From contig OZ336880.1 of the NCBI GenBank assembly GCA_965287045.1, forward strand, positions 50,530,001 to 50,594,000: a stretch of 64,000 bases of DNA, read 5' to 3'. A program made the position numbers and the translations under genes. Under the pieces are notes generated by a model. The model was not told the origin of the DNA, did no database searches, and saw only the letters and a list, made by a program, of their open reading frames with translations. Shown one piece after another: positions 1 through 12,040 of this stretch (position 1 is the stretch's first letter; every line of letters starts with the position of its first letter). Origin of the DNA: Carcharhinus amblyrhynchos (taxonomy: Eukaryota).

Positions 1-96
1 CCCGCCCAAAAATGTATGTATATAACTCATACCCTGTCAATCAATGTGCTCCTCCCATTGCTCCTTCAGTGATTTATATATATTTTTGTCTCACAG

Positions 97-314
97 AGTT
101 TCAGGAGGAGAGCTGTTTGAGAGAATAATTGATGAGGATTTCGAGTTGACTGAGAGGGAATGCATCAAATACATGTTGCAAATTAATGAAGGTGTACAAT
201 TCATCCACAAGCAGGAAATTGTACATTTGGACTTAAAGCCAGAAAACATCATGTGTGTCAACAAAACAGGAGCAAGGATAAAACTTATCGATTTCGGTCT
301 TGCTCGAAGATTAG
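97..314 (+). CDS. MYLK: MYLK coding exon (kinase domain: VSGGELFERIIDEDFELTERECIKYM...HLDLKPENIMCVNKTGARIKLIDFGLARRL); upstream exons lie outside the window
   Basis: Contains the HLDLKPEN catalytic loop and DFG motif, close to vertebrate smMLCK as I recall it. Acceptor is tttgtctcacAG|97 and donor is 314|GTAATT. Phase matches the next exon (G|AA = Glu). Confidence 0.96.
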
Positions 315-574
315 GTAATTATTTCACCTGAATACCAGCTTTGATAACTATGTCATATTCCATATTGCCAGATGATGAGTGATCCCACTGAACAAAGTAG
401 GAATTCTGTTACCTTGGACTCATGTGACTGAAAGGCATATGGTATTTTCTGAACCTTGTTATTCAAAGTGACTCACAATTACATCTTTAAGACAATGCAT
501 TTAATTCTGAGCAACTGTCAATTCAGAATTCAGCCAACCATAAAGGAAATGCCTTCTTCCAGAAGACTTAGGGC

Positions 575-1260
575 TTCTGCCCCCCCTGCCATGCCTGGGG
601 TCTTCTCTCACTTCTTTATCTGCTTTCCCCCATCCTGGGCCTTCTCCCAGCCACCCCTCCTCCCTTCTCAACCTCCTATAATTCCCATATCCCTGGCGCC
701 CTACCACACCCCCACCCTGGAACCACTCCCCCCTCTGTCCCCTCCCCCACCCCCCTCCATGGGACCACTACCCTCCCTCTCCCCACCCTGGGACCACTCC
801 CCCTCCCCATGCCCTCTCCCTCTACTTGCAACTCACTCCGTCCTCCTCCCCCTCCCTTCCCTCCCCTTCCCCTACTTCCACCTCACTCCATCCCCCTCCC
901 TCTCCCCCCCTCCCCCTTCCTTCCCCCTTCCCCTCTCTCCGTTCTTCTGCCCTTCTCCATCCCCCTCCCCATCCCCTTTCCTTCCCCATGGCCTCCACCT
1001 CCCACTCCATCCTCCTCCTTTCCTCCCCTGCCCCACTCCACTGCTCCTCTTCCCTTCCCTCCTCCCCTTCTTCCCCCTCCTCTTCCCCTCCTCCACCTTC
1101 ACCCCTCCCATTCCCCCTTTCCCCCCCTCCTCTGCCCCTTCCCCTCCCCCCTTTCTACCCCCCCTTTCCCTCTCCTCTTTCTCCCCCTTCTACTCTCTCT
1201 CTCCCCTCTCTCCTTTTTCCCCCTTCCCCCATCTCCCTCCTCTCTCTCACTCCCCCACTC
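575..1260 (+). repeat. C/T-rich low-complexity polypyrimidine tract
   Basis: Almost purine-free over ~840-1260. Repeated CCCCACCCTGG(A/G)ACCACTCCCCCTC units at ~710-810. It generates spurious Pro-rich ORFs. Confidence 0.9.
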
Positions 1261-1265
1261 TATGC

Positions 1266-1390
1266 TATGGCCATGCTAAGTTCTCCCTCAGTGTCCCTGA
1301 ACAGGCGCCAGAGTGTGGCGACTAGGAGATTTTCACAGTAACTTCATTCAATGTTAACCTATTTGTGACATTAGTAAATAAACTTTATAA
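1266..1390 (+). mobile_element. 3' fragment of HE1-like SINE, tail type B
   Basis: GGCCATGCTAAGTTCTCCCTCAGTG...GATTTTCACAGTAACTTCATT...GTGACA matches the copies at 2722, 4541 and 53170. Confidence 0.8.
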
Positions 1391-1400
1391 AACTTATATA

Positions 1401-1693
1401 GGTGGCAGTATAATGGTTAGCATTTCTGCCTCACAGTGCCAGGGACTTGGGTTCAATTCCCGCCCTGGGTAACTGTGTGGAATTTGTACATTCTCCCCGT
1501 GTCTGCGTGAGTTTCCTCTGGGTGTTCCAGTTTCCTCCCACAAGCCAAAGCTGTGCAGCTTAGATGGATTCGACATGATGAATGTGTGGGTTACAAGGAT
1601 GAGAGGGGTGGGCCTGGATAAGAAGCTCTTTCAAAGAGTAGGTGCAGACTCAATGGGCCGAATGGCCTCCTTCTGCATTGTAGGGATTCTATG
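1401..1693 (+). mobile_element. HE1-like tRNA-derived V-SINE, tail type A (CR1-like)
   Basis: tRNA head (TGGTTAGCA...GGTTCAATTCC), V-domain core GTTTCCTC.GGGTG.TCC.GTTTCCTCCCAC, tail GGGCCGAATGGCCTCC...GATTCTATG. Confidence 0.85.
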
Positions 1694-2139
1694 AAGACAT
1701 CCCAATTTGTATCTGTATGCAACCTCTAACTTATTCCTGCTAAAAGCAGCTGCAGCTCAAAGCGACCCTCATCAGGAAATGAACAAGTCACTTTGCAGCT
1801 CAAGTGCACAATAGGTGAGTAGTTGGCCCTCATTGTCAGGGCCATTCGGCCCATGCTTAGGCCTCATGCTAGTACTTTGGGCCAATTGGAGGTGGAGGCA
1901 GTGGAAATATGAATATTGCTAGCTGACAGTCAGAGTGGACATGCACCTGCAGCAATGGATGGGATGGCCCTGGTAAACTGCTTTACACTGGTACCAAAAG
2001 ACAGGGTCCGTTGAATTTCTCAGAATATATCCTCAAACAGGCAGCAAAGCCTTATTAACATATTCCCAGGCTGAGGTTCCACCTGTACTATAATTAATGC
2101 TTCCAAATGGAATATTGTGGCTGCAACACAAATAGACAC

Positions 2140-2492
2140 AATCTCCCATCTAATCATTCAGGTAGATGTAAATAATCCCATAGCACTATTTGGAAATAGA
2201 ACAGGAGAGTTATCCCTGGTATCTTATCCAATATTTATCCCCAAAAGCAACTTCACTCACGAACAAATACCTGTTCATTATCATGTTGCTGTTGGGAGCT
2301 TGCTGGACCACCTTCCCTATGATGGATGGGAGTGGCCCTTATAAAGGCAGCCTGGCAAGCTGCTTAACACTGGTGCCTGTGGGCAGAGTCTATTGAATTT
2401 CTCAGTGTACAGCAGTAACTTCACTTCAAAAGTATTGCATGACGCAGAGTGCTTTCCAATGCCCTGAGGTGGGCAATACACACAAGTCTTTT
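2140..2492 (+). mobile_element. Deu-domain SINE relic (SacSINE1/AmnSINE1-like), interrupted at ~2305-2410
   Basis: GTAAATAATCCCATAGCACTATT...CCAATATTTATCCC...GCTGTTGGGAGCTTGCTG...CACTTCAAAAGTA resembles the Deu-domain consensus and the copies at 21900 and 53990. Confidence 0.65.
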
Positions 2493-2721
2493 GAGTGTGT
2501 GGGGGAGGGGGGGAACGGTGGGATCTCTGTGCATTCAGTTAACAATCAACCTGATTAACATACAAGACAGGAACTTGGAGATTCAAATGCCAGCCACATT
2601 GTTCACTGCTGGTTGTTTATTTTGCATGCAAGAATCAGGCAGACAACAGTTGAAAGTCACCCTTGATGTAGTTTGTTTTGGGTTTGTAATAGGTTTTCCT
2701 TGCCCTCACTTATGAATCATA

Positions 2722-3036
2722 GGGCGGCACAGTGGCACATAGGATTACATAGTGGTACAGTGGTTAGCACTGCTGCCTCACAGCGCCAGAGACGCAGGTT
2801 CGATTCCTGGCTTGGGACACTGTCTGTGTGGAGTTTGCGCATTCTCCCCATGTCTGCATGGGTTTCCTCTGGATGCTGCAGTTTCCTCCCACATTCTGAA
2901 AAGACATGCTGGTTAGGTGCATTGGCCACGCTAAATTCTCCCTCAGTGTACCCGAACGGGTGCTACAGTGTGGCAACTCAGGGATTTTCACAGTAACTTC
3001 ATTGCAATTTTAATGTTGTGACAATAATAAATAAAC
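2722..3036 (+). mobile_element. HE1-like V-SINE, tail type B
   Basis: tRNA head and V core; tail TAAATTCTCCCTCAGTGTACCCG...TTTTCACAGTAAC...GTGACAATAATAAATAAAC. Confidence 0.88.
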
Positions 3037-3378
3037 TGATCCAGAATAAATTTAAACACATTAATTTCTTTGTATTCACGTTCTCAGATTAGATCAACAA
3101 TATTGTATTTTAATATAAACTGTATGTATATTCTGATAATAAATAAACTTCAGACTTTAAGAATTGACACAACTGGTTCATGAATGCTTCACCTTGCCAT
3201 CTCTGCTCCAAACTGAGATGTCACATCTATCATGGCTCATTGTGTTTTATCTCCTATCTTTACTCACACTCCTTCTCCAATGAATGGAGCAGTTCATTGG
3301 CAAACCTCATCTAATGTTAACAGTTAATGAAAATGTTTTGCTAAGGCTAGAAATGACCCTTTACAATGGGTACCATAG

Positions 3379-3588
<210 letters not shown>

Positions 3589-4540
3589 TAAGTTAAGTTA
3601 ATTGCAACCATGATGTGAACCTGACGATATCATGAGTGTGTGCAAAATAGACACAGACATAGATTTTATATTTTTGTCAAAGCAGATTTCCATTTTTACT
3701 TGATTCACAAATAACTATTGAATTCACAATTGAGTTGCAAATAGCTTTGTTTCATTTTTTTGTAACTGAAGGAATTAGTGGAGATAATTCTCATCTTCAT
3801 GATTCCCAACTTCATGCCGATAACCTGGCAATGTGGATCCCATGCTTGGTGCGGAACCCACACGATCATCTTAAAACCAATAGGACAAAATTCTGATGTG
3901 TTTTACAGCAGGCGGATGATAGAAGTGGAAATTTCTCCAGTGTCTTTGATCTTAGATCAGATTGGTGGCTTCACTTAAATTGATGCAAATAAGATTGGTT
4001 TTCGAAATCTGAATGATCTAACTCTGGGTCTATTTCTAATGTCTGGTGACAATTTGACAGGTACCTTTGTTTGGAAAATTAAAGACTTGTTGTAATTTTA
4101 TAAACACAAGCATGTTTTCAAGTTAACAGAACAGTGTGAGCTCTGTCTTGTTCCACATTGCAATAATGTACTCTACTGCCATATTATTTGTAATATTGTT
4201 CATTAGAATTTTCTTTATTTGATCTTGGGTTGTGGGTGGCACTGGCGTCACAACATTTATTGCCACCTCTCATTAACAGCCAATCATGTGGTAATGGACT
4301 AGATTCACAAGTATGACAAAACAGTGAGGGATGGCAAACTCCTTTCCTTGGCATTAGCAAACCTTGGCATTAGTGAACAAGTAAGGTTTTTGTAATCCAG
4401 CAGCGCTTTGTGTCTTGTTATCTTGTAACAGTCACAATACAAATTGCTGTATTGGGGTTTGAATTCAAATCCCCACGGTTTGTGGATATACTATTGTTGA
4501 CCTAATCTGAGCATATGGATCAGTTTATTCAACAGCATTT

Positions 4541-4830
4541 TTAAAGTTTATTTACTATTGTCACAAGTAGGCTTACATTAACACTGCAAATAAGTTACTG
4601 TGACAATCACCTAATTCCTACACTCCGGCACCTTTCAGGTACACTGAGGGAGAATTTAACATGGTCAATGCACTTAACCAGCACATATTTTATGGGTGGA
4701 AACTGGAGCATCTGGAGGAAACCCACAAAGACACGGAGAAATGTGCAAAGTTCACACAGACAGTGACCCAAGTCAGGAATCAATCCGGGTCTCTAGCGCT
4801 GTGAGGCAATAATGCTAACCACTATATGCC
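4541..4830 (-). mobile_element. HE1-like V-SINE, tail type B
   Basis: Reverse-complement match to the 2722 copy. Confidence 0.85.
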
Positions 4831-4951
4831 CTTACTTGCCACTTGTTAATTAATTGGAATGAAGACTCATTTTGAATCCCCTACTTTAATGTTATCAGTA
4901 TAATATGATATTTTGAGACTGAAAGCTATTGCATTTCTTCAGAAAATGTTT

Positions 4952-5830
4952 AACTAGGATCAAGGGAAGACCACTTAGCCCTTCAAGGCTGCTCCACCAT
5001 TCAATAAGAACATGGTTGATCTGATTGTAACCTCAACTCCACATTCCCACCTACTCCTGATAACCTTTCACCTCCCAGCTTTTCAGGAATCTACCTTTGC
5101 CTCAAAAATATTCAAAGACTTTGCTTCCAATACCTTTTTAGGAAACAAGCTCCAAAGACACTCAATTCTCTGAGAGAAAGAAAAATATCCTAATCTCAGT
5201 TCTAAATTACTTTTTCGTTTGAACAATGGCCACTAATACCAGACTCTCTCCACACCTCAGGATCAATCAAGTCATCTCTGATTCTTCTAAACTCCAGTGG
5301 ATACAAACCTCACCTGTCCAACTTTTCTTCGTAAGACCACCCACCCATTCCTGTTTAACTTTAGTAAACCTTCTCTGAAATGCTTCCAATGCATTTACAT
5401 CCTTTCTTAAATAAGGAGATGCGTTCTCACCAATGACCTGTATAACTGAAACAAAACCTCCCTTCTTCTGTATTCAATTCCGCTCGCAATAAAGGGTAAC
5501 ATTCCATTAGTTTTGCTAATTACTTGCTGTACCTACAGACCAGCCTTTTACAATTCATGCGCCAGGATACGTAGATCCCTCTGCATCTCAGACATCTTCA
5601 ATCTCTCAACATTCCAATAATATGATTCTTTTTATTCTTCCTGCCAAAATTAACAATTATGCATTTTCCCATTCCATGCTCCATTTGCCAGATCTTTGCC
5701 CATTCATTAAACCTTTCAGTATCCCTTTGTAACCTTCATGTGTCCTCTTCACATTTCACTATCTATCTTTGTGTCATCAGCAAACATAGCAACCAAAGCT
5801 TTGGTTCCTTCAGCCAAGTCAAAACTGTAG
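4952..5830 (-). mobile_element. CR1-type LINE 3' fragment (degenerate)
   Basis: Similar in reverse complement to the CR1 3' end at 60601-61522 and to 41166-42600. Confidence 0.75.
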
Positions 5831-6281
5831 AACGTTGAGTTTCCTTTAGTAACTGTCAGTAAATGGTAGAAACTCATTAGGAGGTTCATGGCAGGCTCCC
5901 ATTTTCACAAGACTGAAGGCAGAGTGACAAAACTCCTCTAGCAACTTGCGAGGTTTGGGCTATTTGTTCCTTGCCATAAATTGGGAAGTTATCGATGCAA
6001 AAGTAACTGTGGGTACATTAAACCCACTGTTAATTTCTTAGCTAATTCAGAGTCAACAACATTTGACTGGTTTAAGCTTCCTTAAAATTGTTGCCAAACC
6101 TTGAATTTGTCATATTATCTGGGCAAAATGGCATTAGAAGTTATACGTCAAGAAATTGGAATACTTTACATCATTTCTTTGTGTCTCCTTCAAGCTCCAA
6201 AATGGCATTAGTACAGTTCATGCACACTTTGGGACAGGTTGCACCAGATGCCATATTGGTAAATGCACTGGTCACCCTGGA

Positions 6282-6585
6282 AGCGATGGCCTAGTGGTGT
6301 TATGGCTAGACAATTAATCCAGAAACTCAGCTAATGTTCTGGGAACTTGGGTTCGAATCCTGCTACAGCAGGTGACAGAATTTGAATTCAACAAAGAAAA
6401 TTTGGAATAAAGAATCTACTAATGACCATAAAACAACTGTCGATTGGCAGAAAAACCCATCTGGTTCACAAATGTCCTTTAAGGAAGAAAATCTATCATC
6501 CTTCACCGGTCTTCAGAGTCACAGTAATGTGGTGACTCAGCAACTAAGGATGTGCAATAAATGCTGGCCTCCCAGCGATGCCCAT
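6282..6585 (+). mobile_element. tRNA-headed short element: 5' head plus 3' end of the LINE at 44798-47793 (internally deleted derivative)
   Basis: A box TGGCCTAGTGG at 6287-6297 and B box GGTTCGAATCC at 6350-6360. The body matches 44800-45060. The end GCAACTAAGGATGTGCAATAAATGCTGG matches ~47725-47760. Confidence 0.8.
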
Positions 6586-6587
6586 AG

Positions 6588-6906
6588 AGCAGTATGGTGG
6601 CACAGTGGTTAGCACTGCTGCCTCACAGCTCCAGGGACCTGAGTTCAATTCCCGGCTTGGGGCACTGTCTGTGTGGAGTTTGCACGTTCTTCCATGTCTG
6701 CGTGGGTTTCCTTCGGGTGCTCCAGTATCTTCCTACAATCCAAAGATGCGGGTTAAGTGGATTGGCCATGCTAAATTGCCCCTTAGTGTCCTGGGATTAG
6801 TAGGGTAAATGTGTGGGGTTGTGGGGATAGAACCCAGGATAGGATTATTGTTGGTGCAGACTCAATGGACAAAATAGCTTGCTCCTGCACTGTGGGGAGT
6901 CTATGT
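6588..6906 (+). mobile_element. HE1-like V-SINE, tail type A
   Basis: Full tRNA head, V core and CR1-like tail. Confidence 0.88.
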
Positions 6907-7049
6907 ATTGATATTCCCCTTTGAATGGACAATGGCACAGAGAATGAACAAAGGTCACACAGAACAGAACATGCTGCTGGAAGAGGGAGGATGAGGTGGA
7001 AACGAGCTCTCAGCAGGAGGCCATTTCTTTGCAGAGTGTCCAAGAAACA

Positions 7050-7850
7050 ATTGCCCAACTTGAATTTCAGCCAGGAACAATGAGTGTGCAACATATGTGT
7101 TCAGCATGGATGTCTCAATTGAAATCTGTCACAGCCACAACTGCAACCTCTGAGCAGATGAGTACAGCATTGCCAGTGGCTCTGATAGTGACCTCTGTAA
7201 TCAATGTTTAAGCTTCTGGTTCTTCCAGACTGGAGCTGGAGATACTTGCAACATCTTTGCAGTTTGCTGTCCACTATTATGTAAGGAAGGTCACTAAGGC
7301 TCCATTTTCAATGAGGGTGAATGAAATTTCAGTCTCTCTTGCCAGAGAGTAGCAGGCGGAGCAAATGTATGGCTTCTTTAGGAATACAGTCTTTCCTATG
7401 GTGCAGGCTTTCATTGCCTGCACACCATCACTTGCAAGCACCACATGTCAATTCTATCAGGTACAGAAACTAAAAATGACTCCACTCCCTTGCTGTCCAG
7501 CTGTGTTGACCATAGCAGAAAATCATGCAGATTAATTCCTGACAATTTGACAGCAATCATGATGCCTTTATTCTGCAGGTGTCCAGCATGCCAGCCACAT
7601 TTGGACAACCATGCCAAACCAGAGTGGTGTATCCACTGATCACAACTGATGATTCTGCTGCGGTTCCCATACATATTTCATACATACAATGAAAGCCATA
7701 TTGCCACACACAATGGATCAAGTAGCCCATGCTTCTGCCATCGATACCGTTTTGGAGGAGCCCTGCAATATGCAGCAGAGCTGGTGTCAAGATTGCTGGT
7801 GGTCTGCTGCATGGTGTGTAATCCTGATATCATGAGATGACAGTCCTTGC
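7050..7850 (+). pseudogene. PIF/Harbinger DDE transposase (HARBI1-like) relic with stops and frameshifts
   Basis: Piecewise translation: TALPVALIVTSVINV*ASGS..., FPMVQAFIACT (cf. FP.V.GAIDCTH), SNHDAFIL, YNESHIATHN, RFGGALQYAAELVSRLLVVCCMVCN. Confidence 0.8.
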
Positions 7851-8393
7851 CATCAGCAATACAGAGAGCAGATGAAGGCTGGAATATGAGGGCAAGGAGG
7901 AAGAAAAAGAGAAAGAGGACCTAAAAAGGGCTGATCTGTCCAGGGTCTCCATGAGAAACTCATCCGAGTGCAAGACCAATAACCACAGCACAAAAATTAA
8001 ATCCATAACAAAGTAAACATTCAAAGCCAAATCTATAAATCAAACCATGCCACACTGCATACACAAATCAATAATCACTCTTGTGCACTCCGTTAGTCCC
8101 TTTTTCTCTGTGCCCCTGGCTGTCCTCATTCTCCTACACTGTGCTACTCCAGTGGCTACAGCTCTGAAATATTGGTAGCTGCCGCTTACAGTGCAATGGG
8201 AAACTGCGACATCAGCCACTAGAGGCTGCATCATGGTTGAATCTACATGTGTTGACGGAGTTTAAGACCCTTTCCATGTCAGAAAGGAGGGACTGCAGAC
8301 TCCACCCAAAGCTTGTGTCAAGTTGATGTCAGATTCGTACACATATCCTGATAAAGACGGCTTTCTGTTATGCTTCCAAATCATAGAAAAATT

Positions 8394-8680
8394 GGGCAGC
8401 ACAGTGGCAGCACCAGGGACCCGGTTTCAATTCCAGTCTTAAGTGACTCTCCGTATGGAGTTTGCATGTTCTCCCCGTGACTGCGTGGGTTTCCTCTGGG
8501 TGCTCCAGCTTCCTCCCACATTCCATAGATGTGCAGATTAGGTTGATTAGCCATGCTAAATTGCCCCTTAATGTCAGGGGAATAGCAGAGTATATATGGC
8601 TACAGGAATAAGGCCTAGATTGTAGTCGGTGCAGACTCAACGGGCCAAATGGTCTCCTTCTGAATTGTAGGGATTCTATT
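8394..8680 (+). mobile_element. HE1-like V-SINE, tail type A (head partly deleted)
   Basis: V core and GGATTCTAT tail. Confidence 0.85.
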
Positions 8681-9857
8681 CTCCTGTATTGAATGAAAGA
8701 TTTATGAGACAGAAGGAGACTTTTCAACCTTTCATGCCTTGCCATCTGAGAAAAAGCTCTGCGGTCTCATCCCATCTTCCAGCTCTTGGTCCGCTATCCT
8801 ATTAGCAAAGACATCTTAAGTGTATCTCCAAGTATTTTTTGAAATGTCTCTATTCCTTTCAAAGCGTTCCAGACACCATCTGGCTGAAAAACCTCTTCCT
8901 CAACTCACGTCCATTCTTTCTGCCAATTACTTTGTGCCCTTCATAATTTTATGTGACTCAGTTAAGTCAATGGTAGCACCCCTGGAGCCAGAAGTTCCAG
9001 CTCGAGTCACCATCCAAGATTTGGTGAGCATGGAAGATGTGTTGATAACGCAGCCAAACATATTGACTATCAACCTGAAAATCCTTCCAATATTCCTCTG
9101 GCGAGCAGGATTTAGAGTGGCATCCAGATCATATCCATCCTGTGATATGGTGTCCAAAACTCCAAATTGCCACCTTTTCTTACATCCCATGAGCTTTTAA
9201 TCAGTATTCCATTTGGAACCTTATCAATAGCTTTACCAAATTCCATGTAGACTACATCAAATCTGCTACCGTCAACAACTCTCCTTGTTATTAACTCAAA
9301 AAGTCAATCAAATTAGTCAGAGTTGACCTTTGACCTTTCCTTCCATGGTTCTCTACATTACTATTCATGGGTCACTCACTGAGGTTAGGCTGACTGACCT
9401 GCAAAGACTCAGACTCTTGTCCTTTTTAAACTATGGTTTGACTTTAGCAGTCCTCCAGTTCTCCAGCACGAGGTTTGTAGACAGGTTTGGAAAATGCAAC
9501 ATTTGTGAATCACACCCTCTTTTAGTGGAATATTTATGTCCTGAGGCTTCTTCCTATTTAAATACACCCTGTAATTCTGACGTTGATTTCCCTTCAGGTA
9601 ACTGTTCCCAATCCAATTTTTTAGACTGATTATTGGTTTAATCAAATTGGCCTATTGCCACTTTAAAACATCTACTCTTGGTATTGCTGTTCTCATCCCA
9701 ATTCCCACATTCCAGCTTTATCCTAGCTCCCACTCTTCCTTCTGTATCCCAGCTCCCATTGTCCCTGCTTTATCCCAGCTCCCTGAGCTGTCCCACTTCC
9801 CACTCTTTCTGTGCAGTCCCAGCTCCTGCTCTTCTGCATCAGGCCATTAAAGAGAGA

Positions 9858-10178
9858 TATTAGTGTAATGGTAACACCACTAAGCTGGTAATCCAGATGC
9901 CCAAGGTAATGCTCTGGCAGGTGATGGAAATTGACTTCAATTATTAAATCTGGAATATAAAACACGTCTCAGTAATGGCAATGTCCTTTAAGGAGGAAAG
10001 TCTTCTATCCTTACCTGGTCTTCCCTACATGTGACTCCAGGCCCAGAGCAATGTGGTTGTGCCTTAACTGCCCTCTGAAAAGGCCTACTGAGCTAATCAG
10101 TTCAAGAGTAATTAGGAATGGGTAACAAATGATGGCCCAACCAGCAACACTTACATCCCTTGGAAGAATAAAAAGAAA
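9858..10178 (+). mobile_element. Older copy of the tRNA-headed internally deleted element
   Basis: Matches 6282-6585 and 44798-45100 (GTCCTTTAAGGA...CCTTACCTGGTC...GTGACTCCAG...AACTGCCCTCTGAAA) and carries the LINE 3' end. Confidence 0.7.
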
Positions 10179-10874
10179 TTGTCCCTGATACCTCACCACA
10201 TTCAGATTTCACAGCTGCTATCCTCCCATTTATTTGCCGTGTCAGTATCTGAGTTGATGGTTGTGAAACGTGAAATCGAGTGACAATGTGTCTCCACCAT
10301 GACTGTCATTTTGCTGTTTGTCCATTCTCTGGCCCAGTAGCACTTCTTGAGAAGGGCAAAAGATACAGTTGTAGTGTCGAGAGGGTGACAAAGTTAGATA
10401 TGCATGCTTACACCAACTACAGGTTGTAAAGCTGTGGAGAGTGCAGGATGAGGGGGGAGTGGAATGGTATGAATGGTGGATTCCGTATGAAGATGCCATC
10501 ATCTTTGATGGTTTCAGCCGTGCCATTAGCTTCAGAAATGATCATTCCAATATCGGCTTAAACAGTTTCCTATTTGGGGGGGGGGTGGTGGTAGAACATG
10601 CACATATGCCTCTGCATTCAGTTGTCCCTCGAGATTGTGACTAAGAGCATGGTATTATCTGTTTGGGGGATGTGGATGTCATAGCTGGCTGTGTGTGCAA
10701 GATGTAAGATGTGGGTGGGAAGCTTGCTAAATGAGGATGAGGTGCAGCATATAAGAGTCCCATATATGTCCTAATTGTTCAAGATGGTTATTAGGTGATT
10801 GATGGGGCTATAATGAGCCGAATCTGAGGCTATTAGGGCAGTTGGTTGGATATGACGTTTGAAGATGCACTTAT

Positions 10875-11115
10875 TGACCTTGGTCACACCTGTGAGGTCA
10901 TTGAACTTTGTGCAGCACCACATCCATACTCAGCCACTAACCCCTGGCATTGATCTCAATAGCCATTTGTTCATCCTGCCTTCTGAGTGTGTGTCTGGAG
11001 AACCTCCTGGCTCCCTGTGGATACAGGATATCTCTTCACTTTTCCAACCCCTTCACCAAGACCTCCAGTGCAGCATCCAAAACTCTTGCAGCCATACTCT
11101 CCCATGTTGTGTCAT
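10875..11115 (-). pseudogene. Harbinger Myb/SANT-like DNA-binding ORF relic
   Basis: Reverse strand reads DAALEVLVKGLEK*RDILYPQGARRFSRHTLRRQDEQMAIEINARG...WMWCCTKFNDLT, the typical Myb_DNA-bind_5 pattern. It converges on the transposase relic at 7050-7850. Confidence 0.7.
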
Positions 11116-11579
11116 AATGCATCTTTTCTTTAAGATTCAGCTTGAAGCAATGCAGTATAGTTGTAATTGTTGTTTAACTACTTGTATTATTGGCTGGTTA
11201 ACACTGAGTGGATGATGAAGTCGTTGAAATGAGCAGGTAGCACCAGTACTGCTGTACTGATTATTGCTTATATTGCAATGGATTAATCATGTATTGCAAT
11301 CTCCTTGTCCATTTTATGCAGCTTTGAATTTAGTTATCATTGTCCACTCAGTTGCTCTCTGAACTGGAGAAAGGATGAGTGCTGATTACAGATATCTTTA
11401 GGGGAATACTTTAGTAAATAGCAGATAGGCCATCAAGCTTGATATTATTGATTTTATTTAAGGCCAGAAAGCAAATTGTAGTGGAGAAAGTAAACATTTC
11501 AGTTTAGTAATGCCACTATTTTATAGTGATATTGGGTTTTAAAAAAAAATGTTTTTAACCATTCCAGTCAGAAAGCCTT

Positions 11580-12040
11580 TTTATTCATTCATGGGATACG
11601 GGCTAGGCCAGCATTTATTATCCATTCCTAATTGTCCTTGAGACGGTGATGCTGAGCTGCCTTCTAGAATCACTGTGGTCCATGTGCTATAGGGACATCC
11701 ACAGCGCTGTTAGGAAGGGAGTTCCAGGATTTTGATCTGGCAACAGTGCAGGAATGGTGGCATAGTTCTGAGTTAGGATGGTGAGTGGCTTGGAGGGGAA
11801 CTTGCAGGTGGTGATGTTCCCATGTCCCTGTTGCTGTTGTCCTTCTAGATGGTAGTGGTTGTGGGTTTGGAAGGTGCTGTCCGAGGAACCTTGGTGAGTT
11901 CCTGCAATTCATCGTGTAGATGGTACACACATCTGCCACTGTACATTGGTGGTGGAGGGAGTGAATGTTTGTGGAAGGGGTGCCAATCAAACAGGCTGTT
12001 TTGTCCTGGATGGTGTCAAGCTTTTTAATGTTGGAGCACA
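11580..12040 (-). mobile_element. 3' fragment of the tRNA-headed LINE family
   Basis: ORF reads KKLDTIQDKTACLIGTPSTNIHSLHHQCTVA.VCTIY. The 3' end matches 47700-47790 in reverse complement. Confidence 0.8.

Noticed and set aside
456-1341. Long Pro/Ser/Leu-rich ORFs (289, 171 and 156 aa)
   Set aside because: Artefact of the C/T low-complexity tract, which lacks stop codons. The tract lies in a MYLK intron and runs into a SINE tail.
5133-5142. Perfect CArG-like CCTTTTTAGG (and CCTAAAAAGG at ~7920)
   Set aside because: Both lie inside transposon relics, far from the expected telokin promoter position; likely chance matches.
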